A stretch of DNA of 64,000 nucleotides from Dudresnaya verticillata (taxonomy: Eukaryota), in the NCBI GenBank assembly GCA_977862235.1, contig OZ374566.1, forward strand, positions 930,001-994,000. The letters run 5' to 3'. The notes beneath the pieces were generated by a model. That model did not search any database. It was not told the origin of the DNA and saw only the letters and a program-made list of their open reading frames with translations. Below are positions 1-10,101 of the stretch, in pieces. Every line of letters starts with the position of its first letter. The first letter of the stretch is position 1. The position numbers and the translations under genes are program-made.

Positions 1-70
1 AAGTTGAGGCGGATGCGAGCGAGGCCAGATATGAGCGAGGTCGGGTGTTGTGACCGGTTCCCTACAGCTG

Positions 71-116
71 CGGGTCCAAGATGGATCGCACCGGGTCCAA
101 GATGGATCGCACCGGG
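71..116. repeat. Tandem repeat of a 21-bp unit (cgggtccaagatggatcgcac), 2 copies plus a partial third
   Basis: 71-91 and 92-112 are identical, followed by cggg. Confidence 0.9.
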
Positions 117-720
117 GTGAAATTGGCACTGGTTCGAGCGGAGAAACTCGGGAAATGGCGACCAATAGCTTACAGTACCTTCCTCTGTAACGTTCTCTAA
201 TTGTACACGTTGCCAGTCGAACACGTTGGATCGTGGTACACGTTTCAATAGGGAGTGTGAGAAATCCTGTGAGATGAATGAATGGTCGGACGAAAAAAGA
301 CGGACAAAGAGGTGTCAAGACCATTGCCCTCCCCCGCAGATTCCACTTCTGCGCAAGGCAGCAGTCGACAAGGCGGACGAGTTTCGGGAGTTCCAATGCG
401 CGCAGGGCTGAGGTCGACCGTATCTGAAGGACGCATCATCCAATTAAGGCGACGCGCTCATGCACAACGCCTGGTTGGCCGTATCTCCTAGCTACGCTGC
501 AGCAACCCGCCGTGATAATTAATATTTGCGCTACCCAACCGTCTACGTGCCGAGCTTCCACAGCCTACCCCCAAGAGCCAAGCCATTAATCTAAGGTCGC
601 CGCAAGTCACGCAACTGGCTCTCGCACCAGAGCTTACCCGCCCTCTTCCGCGCCCAGTGCGCAGGTACCATCGCCTTCAGCAGGTTCGCCCCCACCTCGT
701 CAACGAAGACAACCTCCACA

Positions 721-3700
721 ATGCCATCCCGCGTCACAATAACCCCACGGGAGAACGGCGTTTCGGTCCTGAAATTCACCAACCCGCCGGTAAACGCCCT
801 CTCGTCCACCCTACAAGCAGAGATAACCGCCGCACTTCGTACTCTCCTGAGCAACCCATCCACTAGGGCAATCGTGCTCCACGGGGTAGGCTCTCCCGGA
901 TTCTTCTCGTCAGGTGCGGATGTGTCCGAGTTTGCATCCTTCGCGTCGTCAGGCGCAACCTTTTCGCGCGACGCAAATTGGTGCTACGAGGGCGCAGAGG
1001 ACGGCCGCGTCCCGGTCGTCGCCGCTGTGGATGGCATCTGCTTCGGCGGCGCGCTGGAGCTTGCGCTATGCTGTGCTGGCCGCGTTGCCACCCACACCTC
1101 CTCCTTCTCGCTTCCCGAGCTCAAACTTGGCATCATCCCCGGCCTCGGCGGCACGCAACGCCTCCCCCGCGTCGTCGGTTTTGAGAAGGCTGTCGCAATG
1201 ATGCTCACGTCTGCCGTACTCCCCGCACACGCCGCCCAAGAAGCTGGACTGGTTGACGTCGTTGTTGATCGCGACGTCGTTGCTGCTGCCGTGCAGCTTG
1301 CGACACAGCTTGCGGATGGTTCTGTGCGTCGCATGAAGAACCTCGACAGGGCTGACCGTCTTGAACACTATCAAAAATGTGAGCAGTTTGCATCGCAGAT
1401 GAAGAATGGACTCGTCTCGAAGCTCTCTAAGGGTGGGCGCCTGCCGCAGTATGAGGCTCTTATTGATGTTGCTTTGTACGGCGCCAAGCACGGCGGTCGA
1501 AGAGGACTGAAAGAAGAAGCACGGATCTTTATGCACCTGCTCAAGTCGCCTGAGTCTCTTGGTACTATCCATATGTTCTTCGCGACGCGCCAGACATCGA
1601 AGGTAACCATACCCAGTGATCCTGGCCCTAAGGAAAAAGGCGCTCCAGCGAACAAGGTAGGAATTATCGGAGGAGGGCTCATGGGGGCTGGGATCGCCGC
1701 TGCGATGCTATTGGCTAAGATTCCCGTAGTCATTAAGGAGTTGAATGAAAAGTTTGCCATTGGAGCGATGAAGAGGGTTGAGAGGAATCTAGGAGAAAGG
1801 GGAAAGGCCAAAATGGCTTTGCTACAAGTTACAACAAAGTATAAGGCCCTTGCCGACGTGAATATCGTCATAGAGGCTGCTCTAGAAAACCCAAAGTTGA
1901 AGCAAGACATCTTTGCCGAGTTAGAAACGAATTGCCGTCCCGACTGCATTCTGGCCACCAACACCTCAACAATCAATCTTGACCTCATAGGAATGGGGGC
2001 ACCAAATGCGCAGAAGGAGGGACGAGTAATAGGCGTTCACTTTTTTTCTCCAGCCCATAAGATGCCTCTCCTCGAGATTGTGCGTACAGAATCGACGAGT
2101 GCAAAAGTCATTAAGGATGTTATAGCCCTCGGAAAGAAGATCAAAAAGACCGCTGTCCTTGTGGGTAATTGTGCAGGGTTTGCTGTTAACCGCCTCTACT
2201 TTCCTCAGTCTATGGTTGGAGGTTTCCTCACTGTCGAGCTGGGAATAGACCCTTACCGAGTAGATAGGGTCTGTGAGCAGTTTGGGTTACCGATGGGCCC
2301 GTTTCGACTCCTTGATCTTGTCGGTCTCGATATCGGCGTAGCAGTTGGGGGTGTATTCTCTACAGCTTTTGCAGAGAGGACCGTACCTACGAATCCAGTG
2401 ATCTCGAAAATGCTAGCAGCTGGGCGAAAGGGGCAGAAGTCTGGGTCAGGTTTCTACCGCTATGATGGCCGTTCAAGGGTCGGGATTCCAGACCCCGCTG
2501 GCATTGCACCATTCCTTGAAGAAGCGAGGGCAGGTGCTGCTCGCAGTGAAGAATTGGCTAAGCTCCGCGCTGCTAGTGAGCATATCAAAGATGAAGACAT
2601 CGTCAATATGATTCTTCTGGCATGCGTTAACGAGGGATGCCGCATTCTTGACGAAGGAGTAACTCAAAGTACATCTGATTTGGACGTTTGCTCCGTAATG
2701 GGAATGGCCTTCCCGCCATATCGCGGGGGAATGATGTATTGGGCGCAGCATTCTTTTGGAGGAGCTCTCGGTGTTTTGAATGAGTTGGAGCATTTCTATA
2801 ATACAACGAATCACTTCCCGCTCTTCAAGCCTTCAATACCCCTGCTCCGGTCTGCAGCACGTAACAAAGCTCTAGGGACAATTATTCGGCCACCTCTCTC
2901 CATTGGTACTCCAGATGATGTGGTGGTTGTGTCGGCCTTCAGAACGGCAGTCGGACGGGCTAGTCGAGGGGGTTTCAAGGATACTTTGCCAGATGACTTG
3001 CTCACTCCTGTTCTGAAAACGATCATGAAGCATACTGGCGTCGACATGAAGGACGTGGACGACGTCGTCGCAGGTACTGTTTTGCAACGGGGAGACACAG
3101 GGATGGTGCAGCTTAGAGTTGCTGGGCTACTTGCTGGACTGCCTGCCTCAGTACCGGTGCGAACAGTTAACCGCCTTTGCTCATCAGGTCTCCAAGCCAT
3201 AGCGGATGGTGCTGCGGCGATACAAGCAGGCTATCACAAGATTGTTATTGCAGGTGGCGTTGAAAGCATGAGCGTAGCATCAATGCAGAACACTGAGCTT
3301 CGTCCAAACCCCATGGTTAGGGCCCTGAAGGAAGCAAGAAGCTGCTACCTGACAATGGGAGAGACCTCCGAAAACGTCGCAGAGAAGTACGGGATATCTA
3401 GAGAACGCCAGGATATGCTCGCTGTTTGCAGCCACGCAAGAGCTGCTGCTGCAAAACTTGCTGGCAGGCAGAGAGGAGAGATTGTTCCCATTGAAACTAA
3501 GTTTAAGGTCGTCGATAAGGAGACAAAGAAAGTAACAGGAATCAGAGACATCGTTGTCGACTCTGACGAGGGTGTTAGGATTGGGGTAACCATGCCGCGG
3601 CTTGCAAAGCTCCCAGCTGTCTTCCGGAAAGGCGGCAGCACAACTCCCGGAAATTCATCGCAGCTAAGTGACGGAGCTGCCTTCGTCATGCTAATGAAAC

Positions 3701-4122
3701 GATCCGAGGCCGAGGCTCGCGGACTGGAACCCCTAGCAGCAATGCGTGCGTTTGCTGTTGCAGGCGTGGACCCAGCAGTTATGGGAATTGGTCCGGCTGT
3801 TGCAATCCCTATGGTTTTGGAGAAGGCTGGACTTACTATTGACGACATTGATCTCTTCGAGATCAACGAGGCATTTGGCTCTCAAGCAGACTATTGCATA
3901 GAAAAGCTCGGTTTGAATAGAGACAACGTGAATGTAATGGGAGGGGCTATCGCAATAGGACACCCACTGGGCATGACAGGTGCACGACTGACGGTTTCAA
4001 TAATACATGAGCTCCGACGTCGAAATGGCCGATATGGTGTTGTCTCCATGTGTATCGGGACCGGGATGGGAGCAGCAGCAGTCTACGAGATTACCCGTCC
4101 GAGCCCAGTGAGTAGACTGTAG
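721..4122 (+). CDS. Peroxisomal trifunctional beta-oxidation fusion: enoyl-CoA hydratase + 3-hydroxyacyl-CoA dehydrogenase + 3-ketoacyl-CoA thiolase (1133 aa, PTS1 SRL)
   Basis: Single open frame. Crotonase motifs FSSGADV, GGALEL, LPELKLGIIPG. Dehydrogenase motifs GGGLMG, NTSTI, HFFSPA, PMGPF. Thiolase motifs NRLCSSG, NEAF, GHPLG, SMCIGTGMG. Ends -SRL. Confidence 0.95.
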   Translation: MPSRVTITPRENGVSVLKFTNPPVNALSSTLQAEITAALRTLLSNPSTRAIVLHGVGSPGFFSSGADVSEFASFASSGATFSRDANWCYEGAEDGRVPVVAAVDGICFGGALELALCCAGRVATHTSSFSLPELKLGIIPGLGGTQRLPRVVGFEKAVAMMLTSAVLPAHAAQEAGLVDVVVDRDVVAAAVQLATQLADGSVRRMKNLDRADRLEHYQKCEQFASQMKNGLVSKLSKGGRLPQYEALIDVALYGAKHGGRRGLKEEARIFMHLLKSPESLGTIHMFFATRQTSKVTIPSDPGPKEKGAPANKVGIIGGGLMGAGIAAAMLLAKIPVVIKELNEKFAIGAMKRVERNLGERGKAKMALLQVTTKYKALADVNIVIEAALENPKLKQDIFAELETNCRPDCILATNTSTINLDLIGMGAPNAQKEGRVIGVHFFSPAHKMPLLEIVRTESTSAKVIKDVIALGKKIKKTAVLVGNCAGFAVNRLYFPQSMVGGFLTVELGIDPYRVDRVCEQFGLPMGPFRLLDLVGLDIGVAVGGVFSTAFAERTVPTNPVISKMLAAGRKGQKSGSGFYRYDGRSRVGIPDPAGIAPFLEEARAGAARSEELAKLRAASEHIKDEDIVNMILLACVNEGCRILDEGVTQSTSDLDVCSVMGMAFPPYRGGMMYWAQHSFGGALGVLNELEHFYNTTNHFPLFKPSIPLLRSAARNKALGTIIRPPLSIGTPDDVVVVSAFRTAVGRASRGGFKDTLPDDLLTPVLKTIMKHTGVDMKDVDDVVAGTVLQRGDTGMVQLRVAGLLAGLPASVPVRTVNRLCSSGLQAIADGAAAIQAGYHKIVIAGGVESMSVASMQNTELRPNPMVRALKEARSCYLTMGETSENVAEKYGISRERQDMLAVCSHARAAAAKLAGRQRGEIVPIETKFKVVDKETKKVTGIRDIVVDSDEGVRIGVTMPRLAKLPAVFRKGGSTTPGNSSQLSDGAAFVMLMKRSEAEARGLEPLAAMRAFAVAGVDPAVMGIGPAVAIPMVLEKAGLTIDDIDLFEINEAFGSQADYCIEKLGLNRDNVNVMGGAIAIGHPLGMTGARLTVSIIHELRRRNGRYGVVSMCIGTGMGAAAVYEITRPSPVSRL

Positions 4123-4662
4123 TTTATGAGCAAGGCAGAGTCCCGAGAAGGTATCATAGTAAAATGTAACTACGTTTTGTAAACCAAGCGCGAAGCGGGA
4201 AGCTTCAGATTCTTACGCAAAATGCGATGCCGTTGTGCAAGGAGCCATACCAAGAAATACAGTACTCAGACTAAGCGTCCCGGGCTTCCGGCTTTTCTTA
4301 ACATCAAGGCCCAGTTTACCGTAATTGTGAAGTGAAAACAGCCACACGCAGCAGCTATCCAAGTTCTGTGTCTTGGGCATACGGATTCTTCTCCCCTTGA
4401 AGTCCAGACTGCCATAATTCGTGCGACCCGCAAACGCAGGTGCCATATACTGTAACAAGGATTGCATTTGGGTCCCCCAGACTCTTTAACCTCCAAAGTC
4501 CAGACCAGACAGTCTTGTGTGTCTCGCTATTTCCAAAATCTGCTCTCACATCTCATGGAAACGGCACATCAGGGCGCACCGGACTCTTTGGGCGGTGGTT
4601 CCAGTTCAATTCCGTTTCTGTTTGTAGCCGGACCGTGACTCGTGGTGACTCGTGGTGCACCC

Positions 4663-5463
4663 ATGTCAACCAGATCACTGCAAGCAGCGCTGGGCTTTCA
4701 GCAGCTGTATTTTGCAGGTGGTGTGGATTGGAGGTTGTCAAGAGCATATCGCAGTCGCTGTCATACGAACGTTCGGAGAAGTTTAATGCCAACTTCTTCT
4801 CTACCAAAACCTGTCCTGGTATTCATAACGCCCAACGGTTTCTGCAATGACCACAAAACCGCTACCATCCTAGCTCGCCGAGCCCTTGACGGGGGTGCCA
4901 CTTTGATTCAATTACGAGATCTCAAAGCAGGAAAAGAAGAGATCCTAGCAGTGGCAAATATGATACTTTCTGCAGGGATACCACCTTGCAAACTCTCTAT
5001 CAATGGGTTAGAACCCGCAGATGTCCTCGCCGTCTCCGAAGAACTCGGAGTTCATGTGCGTGAGGCAGATACGTCAAAATACTTGAAGAGTGCGCAGCGC
5101 CTGATGTCCTCAGACTCCATCATTTCATGTTCCGTTCACTCCGTGCAGTCTGCGCTTCATGCGACAAGCCTTGCAAGCCCCTCCTACCTACAAGTCGGAA
5201 CAATGTTTCCGACGCAGAGTCATCCCGGGAAGCTCCCAGAAGGCCCGACGCTGCTCAGCGAAATTCGCGACAAAGTTGGTCCCTCGCAGCCGCTGGTTGC
5301 AATCGGAGGTATCAAGAAACACAACATCGCGGCTGTTTTCAAGCATGGCGCCGATGGAGTTGCCGTGATTTCTGCCATATCCTCATCTGATATGCCGGAC
5401 AAAGCTGCATCAGAGCTGCTCGCCGACTGTGAGCAGCACTGGAGGGGCTGTCAAGGCTCCTGA
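4663..5463 (+). CDS. ThiE/TenI-family TIM-barrel protein (thiamine-phosphate synthase-like) with N-terminal extension, possibly a plastid transit peptide
   Basis: Motifs GATLIQLR, GVHV, SVHS, GTMFPTQSHPG, VAIGGI, GADGVAVISAI; first ATG at 4663. Confidence 0.85.
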   Translation: MSTRSLQAALGFQQLYFAGGVDWRLSRAYRSRCHTNVRRSLMPTSSLPKPVLVFITPNGFCNDHKTATILARRALDGGATLIQLRDLKAGKEEILAVANMILSAGIPPCKLSINGLEPADVLAVSEELGVHVREADTSKYLKSAQRLMSSDSIISCSVHSVQSALHATSLASPSYLQVGTMFPTQSHPGKLPEGPTLLSEIRDKVGPSQPLVAIGGIKKHNIAAVFKHGADGVAVISAISSSDMPDKAASELLADCEQHWRGCQGS

Positions 5464-5490
5464 AGAGCACCGGCCTGTCAGTATGCCAGG

Positions 5491-6692
5491 TCACCAAGCT
5501 GTGGCCCTAAGTGTGTGTAGAACGATCCTCTCCGGTGCGTTGTTGGAATCCGCGCTTGACGTGCCCCCTGTACCATTTCCGGATGCGGTTTCAGCAATAG
5601 CTCCATGCGAAGAAGAACCCTGCTGAAAGCCAATGAGTACGATCCATGACAGAGATAGATAGAAAAGCAGTACTGGATATAGAGCAAGAAGCTTCCTGCC
5701 CTCTGGAAACTTCGCATCAGTCATAAAGCTCGAAGACGCTAAAAACAAACGCATAGAATCATCTCAGTTAGCGTTCTGCGCTAGAGTTGACCGCCATTCA
5801 TAAAACGTAAGCAGAAGCTTGTGCATGGAACCTGGAACGCAAACATACCCCAAATTGACCAAAGCAACGCTACCACAACAGAAATAAACCGGAAGACAAC
5901 TGCGAAATCATTCTTGACAAACATATTGATAAGCCAACATGCGATTGCACTCAGCAAAACGGGGAAGATGCAGTAGCCGAGAAGGCATACGCTTTGGAAG
6001 AATGATCTGCGGCGCAGACGGAAAAGAGTAATAGATATTGTTAGGCACACAGAGCAAATGAAGCTCTTAATTGTTGCTTCTCATCCGGATAGCGCCAACA
6101 TACAGTCTTCCACCCAATAGCTGGCCATTGATAGTAATAACCGCTGCCCCGACCCAGACGATAATGAAGATAACCGAAAAGACAATGGATGCTTCGTCAT
6201 GAGCCTTGATACTAAGCATAACAGCAAGCGACATGCAAAGAAAGAAAGGGCCCCACAGGTCCCAGTCACGTAGTTCTGCACGCATTTCGCTCTGCAAGGA
6301 AGGTTCGGGAGAACGCGAAACGTAGAATAGCCCAGCGCGTTAGCACCAGAAGAGCAGACGAACCTACACACGGCTCATATTGTCCAGGAAGAATTACAAA
6401 TCCTCGCATAGGCAAGCCTTAAGCAGAAAACACGCGCCGGCTTAGATATTTCTTACCGAACTGATACCTGGGAGCATCACCATGAGCAATCGGCGGCCCA
6501 CCTATTGCATACGGTGAACAGGACGTATGTCATCGCAAGAAATTCCTGGACAAGTTAGAAAAAAGTAGAAAACAATTATTCAGTGCGACGGGGCGATGAA
6601 TGCAAACATACCAGTCGAAGATCGCGGAAGATTGTGTCTGACACTGGCTCATCAATTGTGTTCTCCCCGAACTGGGTCGCGAGGTCTGCCAT
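5491..6692 (-). CDS. YIPF6: Yip1-domain Golgi membrane protein (YIPF6/Yip4-like), 5 exons: 6692-6612, 6501-6457, 6291-6104, 6006-5849, 5738-5491 (239 aa)
   Basis: Spliced frame gives TIDEPVSDTIFRDL, LRDWDLWGP, SFFQSVCLLGYCIFP, RKLLALYPVLLFY. All four introns are GT-AG and the exon lengths sum to 720 nt. Confidence 0.88.
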
Positions 6693-7289
6693 TGCAGGAA
6701 GCTTTGTTACGCCGGACACTGTAGAAGAATCTGTGCCGGTTCACGTGAAGTAGTAGGACACGACAAAGCTGAGCTCTCAAAGGCAACTGGCACTTTAACA
6801 ATGAAGCCTGACGGGGAACGAGGGATGGAGGTGACGTTGACGCCAAGGTCTGTAGCAAGTCAACAATGTGGGCTTGTGTAAGGCGATCCTTCACGTGGCC
6901 GACGCTGTAAGCCTACTTGCTGTAAGGCTTCTTTTTGGCATCTTCCAGTATCTGTCGAGTTGCTTCCTGCGAACCGGAAAGTGCGCTGAGTGCGCCAATC
7001 ACAATCTACTTGGCGAGATCTGGTGTCGTTTCGGGCGTCCAACAATTGGATCTCCTTCCACTAAAGTCTCTGTACCCAGGCCCGTACAAAAATATCTCCG
7101 TCACATGCCCTTCAGCCGATGCTATGGGGCAGATGCATTATTGCCTGCGGTAAAAACAGCAACAGCGCCAAGTTCGGCTTCAACGCACAAGCTCGCTCTT
7201 CCACGAAAGACTTCAAGCCCGAATCTCGATCAGCTGAAAAGAAAGGGAGCAACGAAGTGGAGCTGCGTTCTTTTCCACCACGCGAAATC

Positions 7290-7958
7290 ATGCCTCTACT
7301 TGCTTTCGCATCCACGTTGCATCTGCCATGCGCTGGTCTCTTATCTGCGAACACTTCGCAAGCACTTTGTTCACGGACAAATCCTGCCAAGAGAGCACAA
7401 GAATTGTACCCTGCTAGGTGGACCTGCGTGGGCTCGTCAATCGCGAGAAAGAAAGAACTCCTCTCAAAGGTTGAACCGCTCGACTTTGGGCGAGTCAGCT
7501 ACGGGAACGAGGCACTGCAGGAAGAGATTGGCGATGTCATTCGCGCTGTTGAAGTCACAAACACATCTACCTCTCCCCTCACTGATCAGAACCTTGACGG
7601 CGTATGGCATACCGAGTATACCACATCCAAATCCGTCCTCGGTATTGACAAGCCTTCCTTCTTGCGTAGCTCGCGAATCACGCAGTCCATAGACCTGAAA
7701 AACTTGAGAGTGAGGAATGAAGAAACTGTCGAGCTAGGCCCTTTCAAACTGCCGTTCTCGGTACTAGCCGAAATTACCCCGGTGTCCGAGAATAGGGTCA
7801 ACGTAAACTTCCTCGAGTTCAAGATCCTCAATTTATTTACGTTTAACGTGGCAAAGAACGAGAGGTTCACAGGATGGCTAGAAATTACCTACTTGGATGA
7901 GAACCTTAGGATCTCGCGTGGCAATGTTGGCAATGTATTTGTACTGGTAAAGAAGTAA
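7290..7958 (+). CDS. Plastid lipid-associated protein / fibrillin (PAP_fibrillin family)
   Basis: Transit-peptide-like start MPLLAFAS; LDGVWHTEYTT; C-terminal GWLEITYLDENLRISRGNVGNVFVL. Confidence 0.9.
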   Translation: MPLLAFASTLHLPCAGLLSANTSQALCSRTNPAKRAQELYPARWTCVGSSIARKKELLSKVEPLDFGRVSYGNEALQEEIGDVIRAVEVTNTSTSPLTDQNLDGVWHTEYTTSKSVLGIDKPSFLRSSRITQSIDLKNLRVRNEETVELGPFKLPFSVLAEITPVSENRVNVNFLEFKILNLFTFNVAKNERFTGWLEITYLDENLRISRGNVGNVFVLVKK

Positions 7959-8103
7959 CTGGGTTCCTTCGCACCATATGTGCAACCTAGAGACTATATA
8001 TGTATAGGTATCATCAACGAAAGGTGAATACGCTCAAGTCGCCAATTACTCTCGCCAGTGTCGCATGTGCAGGAAATCTCAGCGCTTTCCTCGATGAGAG
8101 ACA

Positions 8104-10101
8104 TCACTTCCGCGGCACCTTCATAGATATAATGCGACAGTGATCTAGCCATGAACCATACAGCTCGCTATCCCTCCTCATATTCGCTATCCATGGATGT
8201 CGCAATAACTGGTCGGCATCTGGACGATGTTTCGGTTCTGTGTGCGTACAAAGCGCAACAAAATCTCGTGCCGCAGAAGAGACCTTCACTTTTGACTTAT
8301 CAAAGTTTTTCCACATATCTGCAGTCATTGTGGCCTCGATGTAGTCAAAGTAATTCTGTGGCCTGTCGAAAGGATACCTTCCCAGCAGACATTCTACTAG
8401 AGAAACCCCGACAGCCCAAATATCTGATGCGTACGTGTACTTCGAACCTTGAAGCCGCTCGGGGGACATATAAGCCACCGTGCCAACGAAAGTTTCCACC
8501 CTAGACACACCTTCATCCAAATCCCTGGCCAGGCCGAAGTCACTTATTTTTGCACAGCACAATCGTCGAGATAGTAAAATGTTTGCAGTCTTGAAGTCCC
8601 TATGCAAGACATGATTTCTGTGCAAGAAGCGCAGACCACGCAAGCAATCAATGGCTATCATCTGTACCACTCGTTCAGGAATAGGTCCCACCCGCTGAAT
8701 AAATGTTGCCAGACAACCGTGATCCATATATTCCAACGCAATGTGCACAGCACCAGAACCATCATAAAACGCTCCGTAAAATCGCACAAGGTTTCGACTT
8801 GTGTAAGTGCAAAGAGTTGCAAGCTCCTTCAAAAGCTGATTTCGCTTTTCCTTGTCATAGACATTGACAACCTTCATTGCCAGGGTCCTCTTTGAAGGCA
8901 AGTGTTCCGCCAAATAGACTCGTCCCGCCGCCCCAGCACCAATCGTCGGCCCGGGGCGAATCTCCTTCAATGAGCGCACCAAAAGCAAGTTGCGGTCCGA
9001 TTGCGGAACTTCACCATCTATGGAGTCTTCTCGTGTAACAAGTTCTGGAGTACCGACCATGCCATCGGCGGTGATCTTGAAGCCCCCAGTAACGAAGCCC
9101 CCGTCCTTCCCAAATTCTGTTGTATGCGGCCAATCTGACGATGGGTCTCCAGACGACTTCTCACAATCGGTACTAATTAGGGGTGGAGGTCTCCTGCGAG
9201 CCTTTGCCGGTTTCTGTCCGTGAGACTGACTGGCTTCGTTCGCTTTGTCTTCCCGAAGAACCACTTCAGAGTTTATGCCCTTGGAATGTTCGACTCTAGA
9301 TTCTTCAGCATCAATGTTCTCCTCTTTAACCGAGGCTCTGGAACCAATAATTTTCATCTCACAAAAGTCGTTGCGAGTGGCCTCCTCCAAAAGAAAGATA
9401 TCGTCTTCTCCATAGGCCGTTTCAAAATCTTGATTATCTTTTGCCTTCGGTGTTCCAATCTGGGCATCCTCCATGCTTTGAGTTAGCATAGACATGCAGC
9501 GAGATGAAGAAGACCCCACGCCGGTTTTCTCCACCTCCTCCTCAGAGTCATCAAACGACTGCGATGGAATTCCGGGTATCTCTTCTCGATCAGAACAATT
9601 GTTGTCTCGACTGCAACTACGCCGGAAATTTTGCTGTCGACTCTCTGACCTGGCAATCTTTCGCGAAACAGACCTCTTGATGGAATCCCGGTTTGCCATT
9701 CTCGAAATAGAATTCGCCCTTCTCATTATCGCATCTTGCCTGCTAACAGCTCTTTCTCGATTCTCGTTTCGCCTGGGGGACGGTTGCAAGGGAGAGAATT
9801 TACGGGCATCATCCTGCACCCCAACGCTAGTGGCGGGAACAGGCGACACTTCCTTGACTATTACAGTCGCAGAGGTGTCAATCTCATCCATGTCAATCGT
9901 TGGTGCCTGGGGTTCGTCTCCAGACATGGCTGTATCTGCAAGTGCGTTCGGGCTGTTCCCCTCTCCCGAATCCGAAAAGAGGTTCCCAATTCTTGGCATT
10001 CGGCTGTTTGAGCGTTTAGGTAGCGCTTGCGCGATTGGAGAACTCACGTCCGGGGGGTGTTCTCTGGCCCCATGCTCTTTGCGGTTTCCAAAAAGACCCA
10101 T
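8104..10101 (-). CDS. MAP kinase kinase (STE7/MEK family) with long disordered N-terminus
   Basis: IGAGAAGRV, LAMKVV, ALEYMDHG, HRDFK, DFG, TFVGTVAYMSPERL; ATG at 10101 (MGLFGNRK). Confidence 0.9.
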   Translation of the reverse strand: MGLFGNRKEHGAREHPPDVSSPIAQALPKRSNSRMPRIGNLFSDSGEGNSPNALADTAMSGDEPQAPTIDMDEIDTSATVIVKEVSPVPATSVGVQDDARKFSPLQPSPRRNENRERAVSRQDAIMRRANSISRMANRDSIKRSVSRKIARSESRQQNFRRSCSRDNNCSDREEIPGIPSQSFDDSEEEVEKTGVGSSSSRCMSMLTQSMEDAQIGTPKAKDNQDFETAYGEDDIFLLEEATRNDFCEMKIIGSRASVKEENIDAEESRVEHSKGINSEVVLREDKANEASQSHGQKPAKARRRPPPLISTDCEKSSGDPSSDWPHTTEFGKDGGFVTGGFKITADGMVGTPELVTREDSIDGEVPQSDRNLLLVRSLKEIRPGPTIGAGAAGRVYLAEHLPSKRTLAMKVVNVYDKEKRNQLLKELATLCTYTSRNLVRFYGAFYDGSGAVHIALEYMDHGCLATFIQRVGPIPERVVQMIAIDCLRGLRFLHRNHVLHRDFKTANILLSRRLCCAKISDFGLARDLDEGVSRVETFVGTVAYMSPERLQGSKYTYASDIWAVGVSLVECLLGRYPFDRPQNYFDYIEATMTADMWKNFDKSKVKVSSAARDFVALCTHTEPKHRPDADQLLRHPWIANMRRDSELYGSWLDHCRIISMKVPRK

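Noticed and set aside
71..116. 21-bp repeats as a CRISPR array
   Set aside because: Copies are directly adjacent with no spacers, there are no cas genes, and the context is eukaryotic
6868..7692. 274-aa + strand ORF
   Set aside because: Overlaps the fibrillin gene in another frame and has no recognisable motifs
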